Source: Solimonas sp.
Lineage (GTDB): Bacteria; Pseudomonadota; Gammaproteobacteria; Nevskiales; Nevskiaceae
Length of the DNA: 64,000 bases
Direction: 5' to 3'
Assembly (NCBI GenBank): GCA_047605265.1
Contig: JASGFY010000008.1
Location: 22,678-86,677 of the forward strand
The translations under genes were made by a program, and so were the position numbers. Below the pieces are notes generated by a model, which made no database searches, was not told the DNA's origin, and was given only the letters and a program-made list of their open reading frames with translations. Of the stretch, positions 9,749 to 18,779 are shown piece by piece; position 1 is the stretch's first letter; each line of letters begins with the position of its first letter.

Positions 9749-9921
9749 GGTTCGCGTGGTCTAGCTGTCCATGCGCGGCCGCTGCCGCGATCGGGTCTTC
9801 CAGCGTGAACGTGCAGGCCGCCGCTCTGGTCGAGCGCGCGCTGCGTCGACGATCTGCCGCCATTGCTGCCGGCTTCGTTCGCGGCATCATCCCGCAACGG
9901 ATGTCCTGCAAAGATCGAAAT

Positions 9922-9951
9922 CGTCATTGCGAGCGTAGCGAAGCACTCCAG
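9922..9951 (+). repeat. Single CGTC-type REP-like unit (CGTCATTGCGAG...GAAGCACTCCAG)
   Basis: Matches the left arm of the element at 21001-21124 (CGTCATTGCGAG...GAAGCAATCCAG). Confidence 0.7.
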
Positions 9952-9998
9952 TTCGCGGCCCCAGGCTCGGCCATGGCCGTCTCCGCTAAAATCGCGGC

Positions 9999-10898
9999 AT
10001 GACTGCGTTCACACTGCTGATCGTCTGCCTGTTGCTCGGCGCGGCGGTGAACCGTTACGCGCATCCGCCGATCGGCCTCGCCGCCGGCCTCAACTGGTGG
10101 CTGATCAATATCGCGCTGCCGGCCATGATTCTCGAGCTGGTGCCGCGCCTGCAGTTCGATCTGCATCTGATCTATCTCGTCCTGTCGCAGTGGCTGATAT
10201 TCGCCGCGGCATGGGGGTTGTTCACGTTCGTCGGCAAGCGCCTGCGCTGGTCGCGCGCGCGCACCGGCGCGATGATCCTCGTCGCCGGCCTCGGCAATAC
10301 CTCGTTCATCGGCTATCCGCTCGTCGAGGCGCTGCGCGGGCGCGAGGGCCTCGCGCTCGCCGTGATCGCCGATCAGGGCGGCTGCTTCATTGCGCTGGCC
10401 GTCGGCGGCGTCGTCGTTTCGGCGCTGTACTCGGGGCAGCAGCCGAAGCTGTCGCACGTCGTGCGCCGCGTGCTGCTGTTCCCGGCGTTCCTCGCGCTCG
10501 TCGCCGGCATCGCCGTCGGCGCGCTCGGCGGCTGGCCGGATATCGTCGCCGACGTGCTGCAGCGCATCGCGCAGACGCTGACGCCGCTCGCGCTGTTCGT
10601 CGTCGGCCTGCGTTTCCACCTGCACCTCGGCCGTGACCGCATGACGGCGGTCGGACTCGGCGTCGTCTACAAGCTCGCGCTGGTTCCCGCGTTGATTCTC
10701 GGCATCGGCCTGCTGTGCGGCGTGCGCGGCCTGCCGTTGACGATCGCCGTGCTGCAGGCGGCCATGGCGCCGATGGTCTCGGCGGCGATTCTCGCCGACC
10801 AGCACAACCTCGATCCGCCGGTCGCCAACACGCTGCTCGGCGCCGGCACGCTGCTGTCGTTCGCGACGGTGCCGCTATGGAATTTCGCGCTGGGATAG
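9999..10898 (+). CDS. AEC (auxin efflux carrier) family transporter
   Basis: About 10 TM helices, with INIALPAMI, GNTSFIGYP, LQAAMAPM and C-terminal TLLSFATVP motifs. Confidence 0.88.
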   Translation: MTAFTLLIVCLLLGAAVNRYAHPPIGLAAGLNWWLINIALPAMILELVPRLQFDLHLIYLVLSQWLIFAAAWGLFTFVGKRLRWSRARTGAMILVAGLGNTSFIGYPLVEALRGREGLALAVIADQGGCFIALAVGGVVVSALYSGQQPKLSHVVRRVLLFPAFLALVAGIAVGALGGWPDIVADVLQRIAQTLTPLALFVVGLRFHLHLGRDRMTAVGLGVVYKLALVPALILGIGLLCGVRGLPLTIAVLQAAMAPMVSAAILADQHNLDPPVANTLLGAGTLLSFATVPLWNFALG

Positions 10899-10915
10899 TG
10901 CGGCTTGAAAAGGCC

Positions 10916-12331
10916 CTAAACCAGCTTCGCGAACAGATCGTAGTCGTCGGCGTCGACGACCTTCACCCGGATGCGCTGGCCGGGCATCGCCTTGAGCTTG
11001 CCGCCGGCGCCGAGACCTTTGATGTAAACCTTGCCGTCGATTTCCGGCGCGTCGGCCCACGAGCGGCCGACGCTGGCCGCGTCGTCGTGGATTTCGTCGA
11101 CCAGCACTTCGATCGTCTGGCCGATCTTGGCCTGCAGCTTCGCGGCGCTGATCGCCTGCTGCTTTTCCATGAAGCGGTGATAGCGCTCTTCCTTGAGCTC
11201 GTCCGGCACCTGGCCGGGCAGGGCGTTCGCGGTCGCGCCGTCGACCGGCGAGTAGCGGAAGCAGCCGACGCGGTCGAGCTGCGCTTCGCCGAGCCAGTCG
11301 AGCAAGAGCTCGAAATCCTTTTCCGTCTCGCCGGGGAAGCCGACGATGAAGGTGCTGCGGATCGCCAGATCCGGGCAGATCCGGCGCCAGGCGCGGATGC
11401 GTTCGAGCGTATCCTCGGCGGCGGCCGGGCGCTTCATCGCCTTCAACACTTTCGGCGACGCGTGCTGGAACGGCACGTCGAGGTAGGGCAGCACCTTGCG
11501 CTCGGCCATCAGCGGCATGATGTGGTCGACGTGCGGATACGGATAGACGTAGTGCAGGCGCACCCACGCGCCGAGCTGCGACAGGCCCTCGCTCAAGGCC
11601 AGCATGCGCGTCTCGTACTCGCGGTCGCGCCAAACACCCTTCGCGTACTTGAGGTCGGCGCCGTAGGCCGAGGTGTCCTGCGAGATGACGAGCAGTTCCT
11701 GCACGCCGGACTTCACGAGTTTTTCCGCCTCGGCCAGCACTTCGCCGACCGGGCGCGAGGCGAGCCGGCCGCGCATCGACGGAATGATGCAGAAGCTGCA
11801 CTTGTGGTTGCAGCCTTCGGAAATCTTCAGGTACGCATAGTGTTTCGGCGTCAGCTTGATGCCGATCGCATCGTTTTTCGGGGACGGCAGCAGATCGACG
11901 AACGGATCGTGCGCCGGCGGCACCGCAGTGTGTACCGCGTTCATCACCGAGACGTAGTCCTGCGGGCCGCTGATCGACAGCAGGTCCGGGAATTTCTCGC
12001 GCACGATCGCGCTCTTCGGGCCGGCGCCGAGGCAGCCGGTGACGACGACCCTGCCGTTCTCCGCCATCGCCTCGCCGATCGCGTCGAGCGATTCGGCCAC
12101 CGCGTCGTCGATGAAGCCGCAGGTGTTGACGACGACCACGTCGGCGGCATCGTAGGTTGGTGTCGTTTCGTAGCCCTCGGCGCGCAGCTGCGTGAGGATG
12201 CGTTCGGAGTCGACCAGCGCCTTCGGGCAGCCGAGCGAGACGAAGCCGACCTTGGGCGCGGCGCCCTTCTGGGGAACGACTTTGCGGGCTGCGCCTTGCG
12301 GGCGGCGGCTGGCGGAGGCGGTGCGGGCCAT
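10916..12331 (-). CDS. rimO: Ribosomal protein S12 methylthiotransferase
   Basis: [22 protein letters not shown], radical-SAM [16 protein letters not shown] and a TRAM domain. Confidence 0.97.
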   Translation of the reverse strand: MARTASASRRPQGAARKVVPQKGAAPKVGFVSLGCPKALVDSERILTQLRAEGYETTPTYDAADVVVVNTCGFIDDAVAESLDAIGEAMAENGRVVVTGCLGAGPKSAIVREKFPDLLSISGPQDYVSVMNAVHTAVPPAHDPFVDLLPSPKNDAIGIKLTPKHYAYLKISEGCNHKCSFCIIPSMRGRLASRPVGEVLAEAEKLVKSGVQELLVISQDTSAYGADLKYAKGVWRDREYETRMLALSEGLSQLGAWVRLHYVYPYPHVDHIMPLMAERKVLPYLDVPFQHASPKVLKAMKRPAAAEDTLERIRAWRRICPDLAIRSTFIVGFPGETEKDFELLLDWLGEAQLDRVGCFRYSPVDGATANALPGQVPDELKEERYHRFMEKQQAISAAKLQAKIGQTIEVLVDEIHDDAASVGRSWADAPEIDGKVYIKGLGAGGKLKAMPGQRIRVKVVDADDYDLFAKLV

Positions 12332-12404
12332 GGCTGCTACGGACTGCGGGGGGCGCGCATTCTAGCCTGAATCGGGCAAGAGTCCGGCGATTTTTTAGCC
12401 GGCC

Positions 12405-13460
12405 TCATCGGCCGGCGATGCGCAGTTCCTGAACCAGCGTCGCCACCAGCTCGGCCGCCGGCAAGGCGCGCGCCAGCGCCACACCCTGTCCGGCCCACTG
12501 CGCGCCGAACGCGTTCTCGCCGCGCGCCCGGGCGGCGGCGTTCAGCGCCTTGCCGGCGTCGTAGACGAACGGATAGTCCGGCGGCGGCGGCGCGCCGGTG
12601 GCGTCGATCTCGGCGATGAAACGGTTGACCAATCCGCGTGCCGGACGGCCGGAGATCGCAGCGGTGACGGCGGTGCGCGCACCGGGCGCGAGCAGCGCGG
12701 CGCGATAGGCGGCGTCGGCCGACGATTCAGGACAGGCGACGAAGGCCGTGCCGAGCTGCGCGGCCGACGCGCCGAGATCGAGCGCGGCGCGGATGCCGGC
12801 GCCGTCCATGATGCCGCCGGCGGCGATCACCGGAATCCCGCAGCGCAGTGCCAGCGTGCGCGTCAGCGCGAACGTGCCGAAGCGCGCGTCATGCGCAGGC
12901 TCGAAGACACCGCGGTGGCCGCCCGCTTCCCATCCCTGCGCGACGATCGCGTCGATGCCGGCGTTCTCGATGGCGCGCGCCTCGGCGAGGTTCGTGGCCG
13001 TGGCGAGCGTCGTGATGCCGGCCTGCTTCAGGGCAGCGACGTATGCCGCCGGCGGCAGGCCGAAATGGAAGCTGGCGACGGCCGGCTTTTCTTCGAGCAG
13101 CAGCGCCTGCAGCGCCGGGTCGGCGAGGAAGCTGGTGTAGATCTCGCGCAGCGCGCCGGGCGGCGTCGCACCGAACTCGGCGAACCACGGCGCGAGATAG
13201 TTCAGCCAGGCCGCCTCGCGCGCCGCGTCGGCCTGCGCCGGCCGGTGACAGAACAGGTTGACGTTGAACGGCCGCGCCGTCAGCGCGCGCGTCGCGCGGA
13301 TCGCTTCGCGCGCCTGCGCCGCGTTGCTCGCGCCGAGGGCGATCGAGCCAAGCGCGCCGGCGTTCGACACCGCGGCGGCGAGCGCCGGCGTCGACGTGCC
13401 GGCCATCGGCGCCTGGATGATCGGATGCTCGATGCCGAGCGGCTGCCACCAGCAAGACAT
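12405..13460 (-). CDS. Nitronate monooxygenase family flavin oxidoreductase
   Basis: [28 protein letters not shown] and QLGTAF motifs. GGAG RBS before ATG 13460. Confidence 0.9.
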   Translation of the reverse strand: MSCWWQPLGIEHPIIQAPMAGTSTPALAAAVSNAGALGSIALGASNAAQAREAIRATRALTARPFNVNLFCHRPAQADAAREAAWLNYLAPWFAEFGATPPGALREIYTSFLADPALQALLLEEKPAVASFHFGLPPAAYVAALKQAGITTLATATNLAEARAIENAGIDAIVAQGWEAGGHRGVFEPAHDARFGTFALTRTLALRCGIPVIAAGGIMDGAGIRAALDLGASAAQLGTAFVACPESSADAAYRAALLAPGARTAVTAAISGRPARGLVNRFIAEIDATGAPPPPDYPFVYDAGKALNAAARARGENAFGAQWAGQGVALARALPAAELVATLVQELRIAGR

Positions 13461-13490
13461 GACACTCCTTCCTGGCATGCGCGACGACGG

Positions 13491-14930
13491 CTAGCCCCGC
13501 TCTTCGCCACCGTCGTCGCTGCCCCCGCTGCCGCCGAGCAGCTGCTCCGTCTCGCTGCCCGGCAGCGCCTCGACGCCGCGCAGATGGCGCGTGATCGCGC
13601 GCGAGCGCACGCCGGTCTGGGCGATCTGCTTCTGCGCCTGCTCGAGCTTCTCGCTGACGCGGTCGAGCACGTCGCCGAACTTGCCGAACTCGGTCTTCAC
13701 CGCGCCGAGCACGCGCCAGACTTCGCTCGAACGCTGCTCGATCGCCAGCGTGCGGAAGCCCATCTGCAGGCTGTTGAGCAGCGCCGTCAGCGTCGTCGGC
13801 CCGGCGAGCACGACGCGGTGCTCGCGCTGCAGGCTGTCGACGATGCCGGGGCGGCGGATCACTTCGGCGTAGAGGCCTTCGGTCGGCAGGAACATTACCG
13901 CGAAATCGGTAGTGTGCGGCGGCGCGAGGTACTTCTCGCCGATCGACTTCGCCTGCAGGCGCACCGCGCGCTCGAGCTGCGCGCCGCTGGCCTTGATCGC
14001 CTCGGCGTCGGCGCGGTCCTGCGCGTCGAGCAGGCGCTCGTAGTCCTCGCTCGGAAACTTGGCGTCGATCGGCAGCCACACCGGCGCTTCGTGCTCGCCG
14101 CGGCCGGGCAGGCGGATCGCGCAGTCGACGGCTTCGCGGCTGCCGGGCCGGGTCGTCACCTGCCGGGCGAACTGCTCGGCGGTGAAGATCTGTTCGAGGA
14201 TGTTCTCGAGCTGCACCTCGCCCCAGCCGCCGCGCGTCTTGACGTTGGTCAGCACGCGCTTCAGATCGCCGACGCCGCTGGCCAGCGTCTGCATCTCGCC
14301 GAGACCCTTGTGCACCTGTTCGAGCCGGTCGCTGACCTGTTTGAAGGATTCGCCGAGGCGCCTCTCGAGCGTCTCGTGCAGTTTTTCGTCGACAGTGCGG
14401 CGCATCTGCTCGAGCCGCTCCTCGTTGTCCTTGCGCAGCGTCTTGAGGTTGTCGTCGACGCTGGCGCGCAGCGCGACGGCCTGCTGCGTCTGCGATTCGA
14501 CGAGCTGCTGCAGCGCCGCGCGCTGCTGCTCGCCAAAGCGCGCGAGCACGTCGGTCTGCTCGGTGCGGCCCTTGCGCGCCTCTTCGATGAGATGCTGATG
14601 GCTCTCGCCCAGACGCCGGCTCTGCAGGCGCAGCTCGGCGGCGAAGGCCTCGAGCTTGTCGGCGAGCGTGCCGCGCAGACTGTCCTGCTGCTGATGCAGT
14701 TGCGTGCCGAACTGCTGCAGCGCGGCCGCGAGCTCGGCACGCTGGCCGCGCGTCAGTTCGGCGGTCTCGCGGCGCGTCTGCGCCGCTTCGTCGCGCAGCG
14801 CGCGGTCGAGGCGTTCGAACTCGGATTTGAGCGCCGCCGCGGCATCCGGCGCGCGGCGCAGCAGCGCGGCCAGCAAGGCGCCGATGAAAGCGCCGAGCAG
14901 CGCGGCGGCGAAGAGCAGGGCGATGTCCAT
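13491..14930 (-). CDS. rmuC: DNA recombination protein RmuC
   Basis: N-terminal TM plus coiled coil, KTRGGWGEVQLE, PIDAKFPSEDY and MFLPTEGLYAEV. Confidence 0.95.
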   Translation of the reverse strand: MDIALLFAAALLGAFIGALLAALLRRAPDAAAALKSEFERLDRALRDEAAQTRRETAELTRGQRAELAAALQQFGTQLHQQQDSLRGTLADKLEAFAAELRLQSRRLGESHQHLIEEARKGRTEQTDVLARFGEQQRAALQQLVESQTQQAVALRASVDDNLKTLRKDNEERLEQMRRTVDEKLHETLERRLGESFKQVSDRLEQVHKGLGEMQTLASGVGDLKRVLTNVKTRGGWGEVQLENILEQIFTAEQFARQVTTRPGSREAVDCAIRLPGRGEHEAPVWLPIDAKFPSEDYERLLDAQDRADAEAIKASGAQLERAVRLQAKSIGEKYLAPPHTTDFAVMFLPTEGLYAEVIRRPGIVDSLQREHRVVLAGPTTLTALLNSLQMGFRTLAIEQRSSEVWRVLGAVKTEFGKFGDVLDRVSEKLEQAQKQIAQTGVRSRAITRHLRGVEALPGSETEQLLGGSGGSDDGGEERG

Positions 14931-14975
14931 GTGCCGGCCATTCTAAGCCGGCACATGAAGCATCGCGGCGCGACC

Positions 14976-15419
14976 TCAGTGCGTCAGCAGGTCGACCACC
15001 GACAGGATCACGAACGTCGTCGGATCGTAGACGACGGTATAACCCTGGTAGTAGCCGACGGTGTAGCCGTCCGGCGGCGGCGGCAAGTGCGCGCGCACGG
15101 CTGCCGGCGCCGGCGTCACGTAGCCGCGGTAGGCGCGCGGAATCTCCTGGCCGGCCGCGAACTGCGGACGACGATGGGTATCGACTCTTTTCAGACTGCT
15201 GCGATAGTGCTGCTGCAGCTGCGCGCGATCCTCGTCGCGGAAATTGTACTTCGGGCTGCCCTGCGACTCCCGCTGGCCATGCGATTCGTGCTGCGCTTGG
15301 TGTTCGCGATGCTGGTCGTCGCCCTGCGGCGGGCCACCCTGTGCGAGCGCCGCGAGTGGCGCCAGCATAGCGACGGCGGCGAGGGTGCGCAGCGTGCGGA
15401 GGTGAGTGACTCGATTCAT
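14976..15419 (-). CDS. Secreted RcnB-like protein with His-rich linker
   Basis: Signal peptide from MNRVTHL, a His/Gln-rich segment and a C-terminal LPPPPDGYTVGYYQGYTVVYD typical of the RcnB-like family. Confidence 0.65.
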   Translation of the reverse strand: MNRVTHLRTLRTLAAVAMLAPLAALAQGGPPQGDDQHREHQAQHESHGQRESQGSPKYNFRDEDRAQLQQHYRSSLKRVDTHRRPQFAAGQEIPRAYRGYVTPAPAAVRAHLPPPPDGYTVGYYQGYTVVYDPTTFVILSVVDLLTH

Positions 15420-15568
15420 GCATATCCCCTGATGAGGTGACCGGCCGATCGCCGGTGTGGCCATTGTCGGCGGGCCGCCTGAACGGCCCGCGTCCGAAAT
15501 GTATGCAGATGTTTCGCTCCTGTCACGCAAGGTCGCGGCGGCGCCGTATTGTGTTTTGCCGCCGTCGC

Positions 15569-15596
15569 TTGTCCGCTGCGACGTTTGCGGTACATT
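15569..15596 (+). promoter_or_regulatory. Putative sigma70 promoter of the cold-shock gene, giving a ~145-nt 5' UTR
   Basis: TTGTCC-N16-TACATT. A long leader is typical of cspA-type mRNAs. Confidence 0.5.
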
Positions 15597-15747
15597 AGAA
15601 CCGGGCGCAGGTCGTTCCTTTGTGGCGACGTCGTGCGTAAGCCGAGCATCTTGCAGAGGCCATCCTGCCCGCGACGGGCGAAGCTCACCCTTCGTCGATC
15701 ATCGGCGCGGCCGCAAGGCTGCAGAGTGAAAAGGAAAGGTTGAACAG

Positions 15748-15960
15748 ATGGCTACTCGCGAAACAGGGACGGTGAAGTGGTTCGACAGCGCCAAGGGTTT
15801 CGGTTTCATCTCGCGCCCTGGAAAGGAAGACGTCTTCGTGCATTTCCGCCAAATTCAGGCCGAAGGCTACAAGTCGCTGACCGAAGGTCAGAAAGTCGAA
15901 TTCGAAGTGACGCAGGGCCAGAAAGGCCTGCAGGCCGAGAAGGTGACTGTCGTTTCCTGA
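15748..15960 (+). CDS. Cold-shock protein (CspA family)
   Basis: [15 protein letters not shown] (RNP1) and DVFVHF (RNP2). 70 aa. Confidence 0.97.
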   Translation: MATRETGTVKWFDSAKGFGFISRPGKEDVFVHFRQIQAEGYKSLTEGQKVEFEVTQGQKGLQAEKVTVVS

Positions 15961-15990
15961 CCTCACTCGTTTCTCCGCCAGACGTTCAGG

Positions 15991-16014
15991 AACCCCGCGC
16001 CGGCGGGGTTTTTA
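15991..16014 (+). terminator. Rho-independent terminator after csp
   Basis: AACCCCGC-GCCG-GCGGGGTT followed by TTT. Confidence 0.85.
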
Positions 16015-16089
16015 TTGCGGTCGCGGCATGGCGCGCGCAGTGGCAGAATGCCGCGCTTGGCCGCGACGACGCGGTCCCAGGGAGTTGCC

Positions 16090-16524
16090 ATGCGTAATCC
16101 GATCCGCCTCGCCGCTGTGCTCGCCGCCGGCATGTTCGCCAGCCAGAGCTTTGCCGCCGTCACCATCAGCGCGCCGTGGCTGCGCGCGACGCCGCCGGGC
16201 GTCAGCATCGGCGCCGGTTACGGCACGCTTGCCAACGACGGCGACGGCGCGCGCACGATCGTGCGCATCGAAACCGCGGCGGCGGCGAGCGCGGCGATTT
16301 ACTCGATGAGCCATGACGGCGGCATGATGCAGATGCGCGAGGTCGACGCGCTCGAAGTGCCCGCGCACGGCAGCGTCGCGCTGGTGCCCGGCCACGGCTA
16401 TCACCTGATGCTGACGGGCCTCAAGCAGCCGCTCGCCGAAGGGCAATCGGTGCCGGTGACCTTCGTGCTCGACGACGGCACGAAGCTGAACGTCGACTTC
16501 CCGGTGCGCGCGGCCGCGCCGTGA
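16090..16524 (+). CDS. Copper chaperone PCu(A)C family
   Basis: Signal peptide, PWLRATPPG, metal motif IYSMSHDGGMMQM, PGHGYHLML and PVTFVLDDG. Confidence 0.9.
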   Translation: MRNPIRLAAVLAAGMFASQSFAAVTISAPWLRATPPGVSIGAGYGTLANDGDGARTIVRIETAAAASAAIYSMSHDGGMMQMREVDALEVPAHGSVALVPGHGYHLMLTGLKQPLAEGQSVPVTFVLDDGTKLNVDFPVRAAAP

Positions 16525-16552
16525 TCCGGCGCGGTGCGGTGCCGTGCGCGGC

Positions 16553-16811
16553 CTACTTGGGCGCCGCGGCGGCGGGCAGCGCCTTCATGTCGTGGCTCAT
16601 CGACGCGGCACCGTCCAGCGCCAGCCGCCGTCGACCGGGAGTCACGTAGCTCGCTGCCGAGCCACAGGCAGGCGCTGGCGATGTCCTGCTTGCTGCCTTA
16701 GCGCCGCGAGGGTACCGATTCGATCGTCGACTGCCGCGTCTCCGGCGTCGGCGCGAGGCGTGCCATGCCCCCGGTATCGTCGATCGGACCCGGCACGGCG
16801 GAATTGACGCG
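16553..16811 (-). pseudogene. C-terminal remnant of an SDR oxidoreductase (2,4-dienoyl-CoA reductase-like)
   Basis: Hand translation gives RVNSAVPGPIDDTGGMARLAP...VPSRR*GSKQDIASACLWLGS, then frameshifted SYV and LPVDGGW. In-frame TAA at 16698-16700. Confidence 0.75.
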
Positions 16812-16908
16812 GTCGAAAATGACGGACCTGGGGATGCTCCTCGAGCGGGGAATTCTATGGCCGGAGCCGCTACACGGGCTCTCGGCGGGGATGGCCGCGG
16901 CGTTTTTC

Positions 16909-17541
16909 CTACGGTTCCAGCCGTTCGACCACCCAGCCGTCGCCGTCGCGGCGGTAACGCAGGCGGTCGTGCAGGCGGCCGTGGCGGCCCTGCCAGAACT
17001 CGATGGCTTCCGGCGCGATGTGGTAGCCGCCCCAGAAATCGGGCAGCGGCACCTCGCCGCCGGCGAGCCGCGCGAGCTGGTCGTCGTAGCGCCGGTCGAG
17101 CGCTTCGCGCGAGCGCACGACGGCGCTCTGCCGCGAGGTTACGGCGCCGACCTGGGACTCGTGCGGACGGCTGTGGAAATACCGCTCGGACACGGCGCGC
17201 GGCAGCTTCGTCGCGCGGCCTTCGATGCGCACCGAGCGCTCGAGCCGGTCCCACCAGAACACCAGCGCGACGCGCGCGTTGTCGGCGAGCTCGCGGCCCT
17301 TGCGGCTCTCGTAGTTCGTGTAGAACGTCAGGCCGCGATCCAGGCCTTCGCCGTGGAAGCCCTTGAACAGCACGACGCGCGCCGACGGCCGGCCGTGCGC
17401 GTCGACCGTTGCCAGCGTCATCGCCGTCGGTTCGATCATCGGCGCGGCGATCGCATCGTCCAGCCAGCGTTGCAGCTGCGCGAGCGGGTCGGCCTCGAGA
17501 TCGACGATGTCGAGCGGCGGATTCTGCGTGTATTGAGGCAT
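16909..17541 (-). CDS. pdxH: Pyridoxine/pyridoxamine 5'-phosphate oxidase
   Basis: AMTLATVD, PSARVVLFKG, FYTNYESRKG, YFHSRP and EFWQGRHGRLHDR. True start is MPQYTQ. Confidence 0.96.
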   Translation of the reverse strand: MPQYTQNPPLDIVDLEADPLAQLQRWLDDAIAAPMIEPTAMTLATVDAHGRPSARVVLFKGFHGEGLDRGLTFYTNYESRKGRELADNARVALVFWWDRLERSVRIEGRATKLPRAVSERYFHSRPHESQVGAVTSRQSAVVRSREALDRRYDDQLARLAGGEVPLPDFWGGYHIAPEAIEFWQGRHGRLHDRLRYRRDGDGWVVERLEP

Positions 17542-17643
17542 GGCGGAGCCAATCGACGACCTGGGCGGAGGCCGGCATTGTCGCGCTTTCGCCGTGCATC
17601 GAAAATGTCGCCGGTCAATGTCCTGCCGAACGAGGGAATGCCG

Positions 17644-18648
17644 ATGACTGTTTTCACCGCGCTGCGCGTGCACGCACCCGAGAAGACCCGGACCGAGGTG
17701 CGCTTCGAGACGCTGACGGTCGACGATCTGTCGCCGGGCGAAGTCGCGATCCGTGTCGCCTGGAGCGGCATCAATTACAAGGACGCGCTCGCCGTCACCG
17801 GCAAGGGGCGCATCCTCAAGAAATTCCCGCTGGTGCCCGGCATCGATCTGGCCGGCCACGTCGAGTCGAGCGCGGACGCGCGCTACCGGCCGGGCGACGC
17901 GGTGCTCGTCACCGGCTGCAACATCGGCGAGGTGTTCGACGGCGGCTACGCTGAATTCGCGCGCGTCAGCGCCGCGTCGATCATCCGCAAGCCGGCGGGA
18001 CTCACGCTGCGCGAGACGATGGCGCTCGGCACGGCCGGTTTCACCGCGGCGTTCGCGCTGCGCCGCATGCTCGAGAACCACCAGACGCCGGCGATGGGCC
18101 CGATCGCCATCACCGGTCCGACCGGCGGCGTCGGCTCGGTGGCGATCGATCTGTTCAAGCGCGCCGGCTTCACCGTGCATGCGATCACCGGCAAGGCCGG
18201 CAAGGCCGACGACTACCTGAAGCGGCTCGGCGCCGACGAAGTGATCGCGCGCCAGTCGCTCGACGTCGGCACCCGGCCGCTCGAATCGGTGCGCTGGGGC
18301 GGCGCCGTCGACAACCTCGGCGGCGAGACGCTGGCGATGCTGACGCGCACGGTGAAGCCATGGGGCAACATCGCCAGCATCGGGCTGGCGCAGTCGCACG
18401 AGTTGTCGACCACGGTGATGCCCTTCATTCTGCGTGGCGTGTCGATCCTCGGCATCCATTCCGTCGAATGTCCGCGGCCGTGGCGCGAGGACATCTGGAG
18501 CAAGCTTTCCGGCGAATGGCGGCCGCGCGCGCTCGACCGGCTCGTCACGCGCGAGATCACGCTGAAGGAGCTGCCGTCGGCCTGCGAAGACCTGATTGCC
18601 GGTACGGTGACGGGCCGCACGCTGGTGCGCGTGTCCGGTGCCGAATAG
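17644..18648 (+). CDS. YhdH/AcuI family MDR oxidoreductase (acryloyl-CoA reductase-like)
   Basis: WSGINYKDALA, PLVPGIDLAG, MALGTAGFTA, TGPTGGVGS and TVMPFILRGVSILGI. Confidence 0.92.
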   Translation: MTVFTALRVHAPEKTRTEVRFETLTVDDLSPGEVAIRVAWSGINYKDALAVTGKGRILKKFPLVPGIDLAGHVESSADARYRPGDAVLVTGCNIGEVFDGGYAEFARVSAASIIRKPAGLTLRETMALGTAGFTAAFALRRMLENHQTPAMGPIAITGPTGGVGSVAIDLFKRAGFTVHAITGKAGKADDYLKRLGADEVIARQSLDVGTRPLESVRWGGAVDNLGGETLAMLTRTVKPWGNIASIGLAQSHELSTTVMPFILRGVSILGIHSVECPRPWREDIWSKLSGEWRPRALDRLVTREITLKELPSACEDLIAGTVTGRTLVRVSGAE

Positions 18649-18779
18649 TGCGCGGCAGCCGGGCCGTCGCTGCCGCGTCGCGATTTGGTCGATGCCCCGG
18701 CCTTGCTTAGAATGGCCCCGTAGACCGCCAGCCATCGCGCCCCGCGCCGCAGCCAGCGTCGTCATCCTGGGGACATCAC

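Noticed and set aside
9775-9920. Possible decayed coding fragment on the minus strand
   Set aside because: It becomes protein-like only after assuming frameshifts, and I recognise no family.
10902-10925. CTTGAAA as a second sigma32 promoter
   Set aside because: It lies between convergent gene ends and has no matching CCCC -10 element or downstream gene.
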